Source: the human T2T-CHM13v2.0 reference genome, Homo sapiens. Taken from it: 64,000 nucleotides of DNA. The notes under the pieces were generated by a model. That model was not told the origin of the DNA. It saw only the letters and a list, made by a program, of their open reading frames with translations, and searched no databases. This document shows, piece by piece, positions 57,553 to 64,000 of the stretch. The first letter of the stretch is position 1, and each line of letters starts with the position of its first letter. A program made the translations under genes and the position numbers. The DNA lies in the NCBI RefSeq assembly GCF_009914755.1, contig NC_060929.1; one strand, written 5' to 3'.

Positions 57553-60500
57553 ATGCTCTTATGCTTAAATGTTAGGTGGAAAATAAAGAGTCTTAACACA
57601 AAATGGTATTAGTGATATGCTTACAACAATAGTAGGAAATGGAAATTCAGGTTTCCTGACTTGCCGTTTTCACGATATGAATGTCAGGTATAGTGACTGC
57701 CTAAAGAGTGATAAAAGTTCTCAGGCTCACCATCATTGGCTGAGTCAAGTGCCAGGCACCGTGGTAAGTACTTTATGCACACTGTCTCAGCTAATGGGCC
57801 CGAACATCCTAAGGAGTAGGTATGTCACCATTTTAGACCCTCTGAACCCTGGACACAGAGAGGGTTGTCATTGGCTCCAAGTTCCTCAGCAAACAGTTAA
57901 CTAAGCCCAGGTTGGAACTGGGACTTGTCTGAGTCCAAAGCCCAAAATCTTCAATTCTATAAAAGTACGATATTTCTAACAAGTAAACAGTTTTTCTTCA
58001 CAGCAGAAAAATAAACCAGATAGAAATGTCTATTGCAGTTTGCATTTTTCCCAAGATGCCCACCCAATTTTCTAATCTTTACTCAATGTCCCACGCACTG
58101 TTCTTATGTGTGAGGGCAGTAACCTTATTTTCTGGTGAAGCATCTTTAGAAAGGCATCACTGATGGTTCTCTGCCTTGGGACATCAGCTGGCTTTTCCGC
58201 AACCACAGGAAATTTAGAAGTCATTTTCAACAGAGCAAGTGCTGTCACTGCCATCATCAAGCATTCTGACTTTCTCAGGGTGACCTCCTTAACAAATGGC
58301 CTGTCCCACCGTCAGACCACAGTGCCTCCTAAGTGGGTTCCAAAAGGCTGACTTCTGTGGCTGACAGCTCCTGATAATTCCAAAAATCACAGAATGATCT
58401 TTGGAAGGCTTCCCCCACCCCACCAGAAATCCAGCGTTGTATAAACTCTCCCACAGCGTATAAGGCTCCAGAATAATCTCGTCTTTAACTCTCTAGCTTC
58501 AGCTCTGGCTGCTCCCACCCCACCCGCAATTCAGAGTGGACTACATTTCTTATATTTCTCTGAAAGTGTCTCATATTATCTCACTTTTGGGGTAAGTAAT
58601 TTTTCCTATTCCCAGAATGCCCCTTGCTCTAACTGGGTTTTTCCTGCTAAACTCTGGTGTATCCCTTTTTGTCCCAACCTAGATGCCACTTCCTCCAGGA
58701 TGCCTTCGCTGAATTTTAAGCCACTTCCTCCAGGAAGCATTCACTGAGTCCTAAGCTAAGTTAGAAAGCCAATGGGCTTTCCAGTCACCGAGGTGTTAGC
58801 TTTGTCTGGGATTTTCTTAATCTCCTTATAATGGCACATCGCTCTCCCTTATAAGCTCTTTGTAGTCCACCAAGCAGGAATGATATCTTATTTCCCCACT
58901 TTTTTCATGAGTGAATAAAGGAAAGAGCACCAAGGAATAATCTTAAGCTGAATTTCTGTGCTGGCTTCTGCCACACATACACTGAAATTAAACTGAATTT
59001 CCCCGTGAAAGCACAACGAATGAGAGTTTTGAGCTGAGCTCATGAGTCTGTAATGTGAGAGGCAGTTTAGAAAACTAATTCAGATCCCAGTCAAACAGAC
59101 CTAGTTTCAAATCCAAGAACTGCAACTCTCTGTGACTTTAAGCAAGTGACCTAGCCTCTCTATGCTTCAGTTTCCACGTCTGTAAAATACAGCTAAGCTT
59201 TATTTATTTCCTAAGCTGTTTCATAGTGTTATTTGGAGGATCAAACAACATTAGACACATGGAGCTCTTAGCACTGTCACTGGCCCTGGTAAACACTGGA
59301 TAAATGTTTACCATAATGATTAGGATTTGTTATGCTATTGTAATTATTAAAGCCATATTTTAAAAAGCAAAAGAAACGTAGATGTTCAGAGGGCTGCTGC
59401 CATAGAAACCTGGCTAAACACACAAAGTGTAATTGGCTCTTCAGCCAGATGTTGCGTGTACCACAGCATCTGGGGGTCCTCAAACAGAATCTACCTCTAC
59501 AAATAAGATTTTTGTTTCCTTTGTCAAGATCAAACCTGATAAGGGAAAAAAATAAAGCATATCATTTCGAATTCCTGGTTCCCTAGCATTCAGAATATGA
59601 CAGGTGTGTTTTGCTAAGTCTGGTGGGAAACATTGAGTGAGACAAGGTAATTCTTGGGTCTTGAAATTAACTTTTTGCGGGTCCCAGTTACATTTGGTAC
59701 TGTGGGCATCAATGTCGCAGTGGGAGAGGCCCAGGGATGCAGAGGTAATGTGGCGTAGTGGTCAGGTACACAGATTTCAGACCCCAGAGCCACAACTGAC
59801 TAGTCGTACCACCTTGGCAAATTACTTTACCTCTATATGCCTCCGTTTCGTCACCTGTAAAATGGGACTAAAGGGTAGATACTCTGAGTATCTACCTCAG
59901 AGGTTTTACAAGAGAATTAAGTGAGTTAGCGTTTGCAAAATGAGTAGAAGAGAAAACTATGTTAAGTGTTTGTGAAATAAAGTAAATATTGGAACTGTGA
60001 GGCCAACTCAAACAAGAGAGAAAAATTATCGATTGTCACTTCGGAGCCTTGGGGATCATCGATGTATGTATTTATTTCTGTATTTTTGTTTCAAAAGTAT
60101 CTGTTCAGAAGGGCAAGAAGGAGGCAGAAAGAAAATCCTTTTTATTCTGCCTGTGTCGTCGGCAATTCCTGTGGGGAAGAAATCAATGAGAATTTGATAA
60201 ACAGTTTGCAACCCTCTCTGACAAATCTCAAAAATTGATTCCACTAAGATTCCTTGACTTTCAACTCCTCTATAAAAAAAGACAAAAATAAACCCAGGCT
60301 TTTCTCTAAGGTAGAAGGTGAAATTGTATTATTTCCAGCAACAATGATACTTTTTACAAAGGTAGACCGGTTACATTTGGGCCAAAGCTACTTGATTTTA
60401 TGAGAAGTTGTTCATATGCAGAATATGGTAGCAGCACTCAAAAGTAACAGCAACAAGTACCATGCATTTACATGATGCTTTAAAGATTTCAAAACTTATG

Positions 60501-60989
60501 TGTATATCTTAGTTGCCTCCCACATATGTGCCATCCCTCTTGTATTGCAGAATAAAAAGCAAGTGGCCTAGAATTAGGTAACTTACATCATTCTGCACAA
60601 GCTTCTATTCATAAGCAAGTGATTTCGTGTTCCCGGGCCTCAGTTTCCCTGTCTATAGAACAGACAAGGTAGGGGTAGTATTCCCCCCCATTCTGGTGTA
60701 TTGTAAGTATTCAGTGAGCTAACTATGTAAAGCCCCTCACATGGCGAGTGGCACATATTTTTAGTATTATTGCCTCACACGATAGATTCTAAAGATTAGG
60801 TTATGAGACTAGAGTGTGAAAACTAAGTTATATGAAAGTGCTTTGAAAATATCACATTGAAGGAATTTATTTTAAATGGGATTCACATGTTGAGGAACGA
60901 TTGTTCAATTTTTACATATGATAATGATAATAAGGTTCTCTTTTTAAAACAGGCCTTTTCAGATTGCAGCCTCTAAATGCCATTAACCA

Positions 60990-61752
60990 CTAAAATGAAC
61001 CAAGGCTGCCTGGGAAAAATAGCGAATTCCAGGTCTAGAGCAGGAAATGTGCCATCTTGTCACGCCAGACAGCAAAGGAACCATCAAGGCCACCGGGTCT
61101 GTGACAAAAGGACTCAGAAGACAGCCTGGAGAGACTCCTACTGACCAAAAATAGGACAATGTGAGCCTTAATAAAGATAATAATTGCAAAGAATTGAAAA
61201 ATAACAACTATGCTCAAATCCATGAGTATAAATGATAGTAAAATAAAGGGAAAAATCAAGCATTTATTCTGCTCTTTCCATATAAACTGCTCCTCTGCAT
61301 AATCAAACAGTTAAATAGGAGATGTTGCTTTGTATGAGAGGATTCCAGCTAATAAATGCAGAGGGAATAGTAGAATATCACCATCTTGTACACAGCTAAT
61401 GAATTAATGGATCGAGTCAATGATCATCTATGTCTGTTCATGTCACCATAGAGAGACAGTTGGTGCCTATGAAGTAGACTTTCTCTTCAAAAGAACAAAA
61501 TACAGACTCTTGTCAAGCTTCTAGATCTAATTGTCAAATTACAGAAAATGCAAGAAACAAAGGATTATGTCAAACACCACCACACAGATACAGGGAGAAA
61601 AATTAAGAATCTGTGGCCAGGCATGGTACACACACCTGTAGACCCAGTTACTCAGGAGACTGAGGTGGGAGGATTGCTTGAGCCCAGGAATTTGAGGTTG
61701 CGATGAACCGTGGTACTGCACTCCAGCTTGGGTAGCAGAGTGAGACCCTGTC

Positions 61753-61785
<33 letters not shown>

Positions 61786-62070
61786 ATCTATAAGACATTT
61801 GTCTAGTACAAGACATTTGTCTAGTACAAGACATTTGACTCAGTTTCTTCAATTACAAAAAATTGAAAGAGAAAAAGAAAGGAAGAAATTTATAGATTAA
61901 AGGAGATAAAAATATATCAAACATTCAAAATATATGTACCTTATTTGGATACCAGTTGAAGCAATCTGGTTTTTGTTTTTTTGAGAAAAAAGACAGGGAA
62001 ATTTGAATGCTGACTGGATATTTAATATTAAAGAAATTACTCTTTATTTTTTAAAGTGAAAATGGTATTG
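60990..62070 (+). mobile_element. Old L1 (L1MC/MD-like) 3' region
   Basis: A-rich L1MC-type 3'UTR motifs (aatttgaatgctgactggatattt, attccagctaataaatg). Confidence 0.55.
61615..61783 (+). mobile_element. Alu monomer (FRAM/AluJ right arm)
   Basis: ggccaggcatggt...ggaggattgcttgagcccagg plus long A tail; TSD aagaatct(g/a)t. Confidence 0.88.
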
Positions 62071-62071
62071 G

Positions 62072-63375
62072 TTTTTAAATTTTTAATTCAGGTGAAATTC
62101 ACAAAACTTAAAATTAACCATTTAAAAATAAACAATTCTGTGGCATTTAGTACATTCAAAATGGCATGCAACCACCACCTCTATCTAGTTTTAAAACATT
62201 TTCATCACCTTAAAAGAAAACCTTAAAGTGCAATGTACACTACTTGGGCAACAGGTGCATTAAAAGCTCAGAATTTACCACTATATAATTAATCCATGTC
62301 ACAAAGAAAATGCTTGTACCCCAAAAGCTATTGAATTTTTTTAAAAAAGAAAACCCCACACCCTTTAAGCAGTTGATCCCTATTCCCCTCCCTACTTCCC
62401 CTGGCAAGCGCCAATCTGCATTCCATCTCTATGGATTTACCTATTTTGAATATTTCATCTGTGTGGATCATACAACATATGACCTTTGTGCCTGGTTTCT
62501 TTCACTTAGCATGTGTATGAGATTTATCCATGTTGTAGCATGTATCAGTACTTCACTTTTCTTCATGACTGAACATTCCATTGTATGTGTGTGCCACAAT
62601 TAGTTTATCCGTTCATTTGTTGATGGACATATGGCTTGCTCCAATCTTTTAGCTATTGTGAATAATGCTGTTATGAATATGAGTATGTGTGTATATGTAC
62701 TTGAGTACCTATTTTCCATTGTTTCGGATATATACCTGGATGTAGAATTGCTCAGTAATTCTACATTTAACTAAGAAACCACCAAACTGCTTTCATCCGC
62801 AGCTGTTCCATTTTCCATTCCCATCAGCAGTGTACAAAGATTTTCATTTTTCTTATTGTAACCATCCTGGAGTGTGTGAGGTGGTACCTCATTGTGGTTT
62901 TGATTTGCATTTCCCTAATGACTAATGATGTTGAGCATCTTTTCATGTATTTGTTGGCCATTTTTGTATCTTCTTTGGATAAATGTTTATTCAAGTCCTT
63001 TGCCCATTCTTAAAATTGGATTGTTTGTCTTTTTATTATTGAATTGCAAGAGTTCTTTATGTATTCTACATGCAAGACTCATTAGATATAGGATTTGCCA
63101 ATATTGTCTCCCATTCTATAAGTTGTCTTTTCACATTCTTGAAGATATTTGATGCACAAACATTTTTAATTTCTCAATTTATTTATTTTCCTTTTTGCTC
63201 ATACTTTTGATGTCATATCTATAAGTCATTGCCAAAGCCAAGGTCATGGAGATTTGCCCATATGTTTTCTTCCATTTAATAGTATTAGCTCTTATTTTTG
63301 TGTCATTAATCCATTTTGAGTTAATTTTTTTGTATATGGTGTGAGGTTGGGGTCCAATTTTATTATTTTGCAAGT
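62072..63375 (-). mobile_element. L1MB-like fragment with a nested plus-strand L1 3' end (~62226-62352)
   Basis: cattgtggttttgatttgcatttccctaatgactaatgatgttgagcatcttttcatg; ccattttgagttaattttt. Confidence 0.85.
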
Positions 63376-63399
63376 GAATTATTTAATTTTCAGAGTCTT

Positions 63400-63860
63400 T
63401 ATATTCTAAGGAAACATAAGGATATTTACAAACTGAAATGTCTAGAATTTGTTTCAAAATAATCTATGAAAGAGAAGAATTGAATATAGATAAAATAGAA
63501 TTGCCCATAAAGTGATCATTGTTGAAGTCAGATAATGAGTAGATGGAGGATCATTTCAGTAGTCTGTATAGCTCTCTATACATTTAAAATTTTTCCTATT
63601 AATGATAATAATAAGAGCTTTATAAATAAGAGCTTTATATTTTAGAGAGATTAATTGAAATATTTACAGATGAAAATATATAATGTCTGAAATTTGTTTC
63701 AAAATAATTTTGTTGAGGGAATTGGGGAAGGTATAAATGAAAGAAGATTGGTAATGAGTTGATAGTTATTGAAGCTATACGATGGTATATGTAGGTCATC
63801 ATACTGATCTTTCTAATTTGAGTATATTTGAAAGTTTTTGATAATAAAGCTTTTTAAATG
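63400..63860 (+). mobile_element. Two tandem L1MC-like 3' termini
   Basis: atatttaca...aatgtct(a/g)gaa.tttgtttcaaaataat occurs at ~63422 and ~63660, each followed by gttgaag/attgaag. Confidence 0.6.
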
Positions 63861-64000
63861 TAATACATAATTAACTGCTAAGATTTTATTTGGTAAGAAT
63901 GAGAATCTTTCCAAATGAAAGCAAGAGGAGACAAGCTACAGAACAGTATTGGCAGCTGATGTTTATTGTTCTCAATAGCCAACCAACATCACCACTGAAT

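Overview
This is primate (very probably human) non-coding genomic DNA, either intergenic or deep intronic. It is dominated by transposon relics: about 13 Alu/FLAM copies (many with visible target-site duplications, TSDs), many MIRs, L2 and L1 fragments, MaLR and ERV1 solo LTRs, and hAT-Charlie DNA elements (MER20, MER5A, Charlie1-like). I see no credible protein-coding gene, tRNA, rRNA, CRISPR array or CpG island; the ORF track is repeat-derived or random. The outstanding structure is a 230-bp, apparently 100% identical inverted duplication (23086-23315 / 24368-24597, spacer 1052 bp). It copies part of an ancient MER20 plus unique flank, contains a canonical G-quadruplex and a CTCF-like motif, and looks like a recent template-switch event or inversion substrate. 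Other notable items are a nested retrotransposon structure at 2641-3445 (a 5'-inverted Alu with a twin-primed L1 in its tail and a fold-back palindrome), a 17-bp perfect hairpin carrying paired CUT/PBX-like motifs (35311-35351), and several motif-dense, repeat-free enhancer-like segments. Repeat subfamily names come from remembered consensus sequences, and many boundaries are approximate. The chromosomal locus was not identified.
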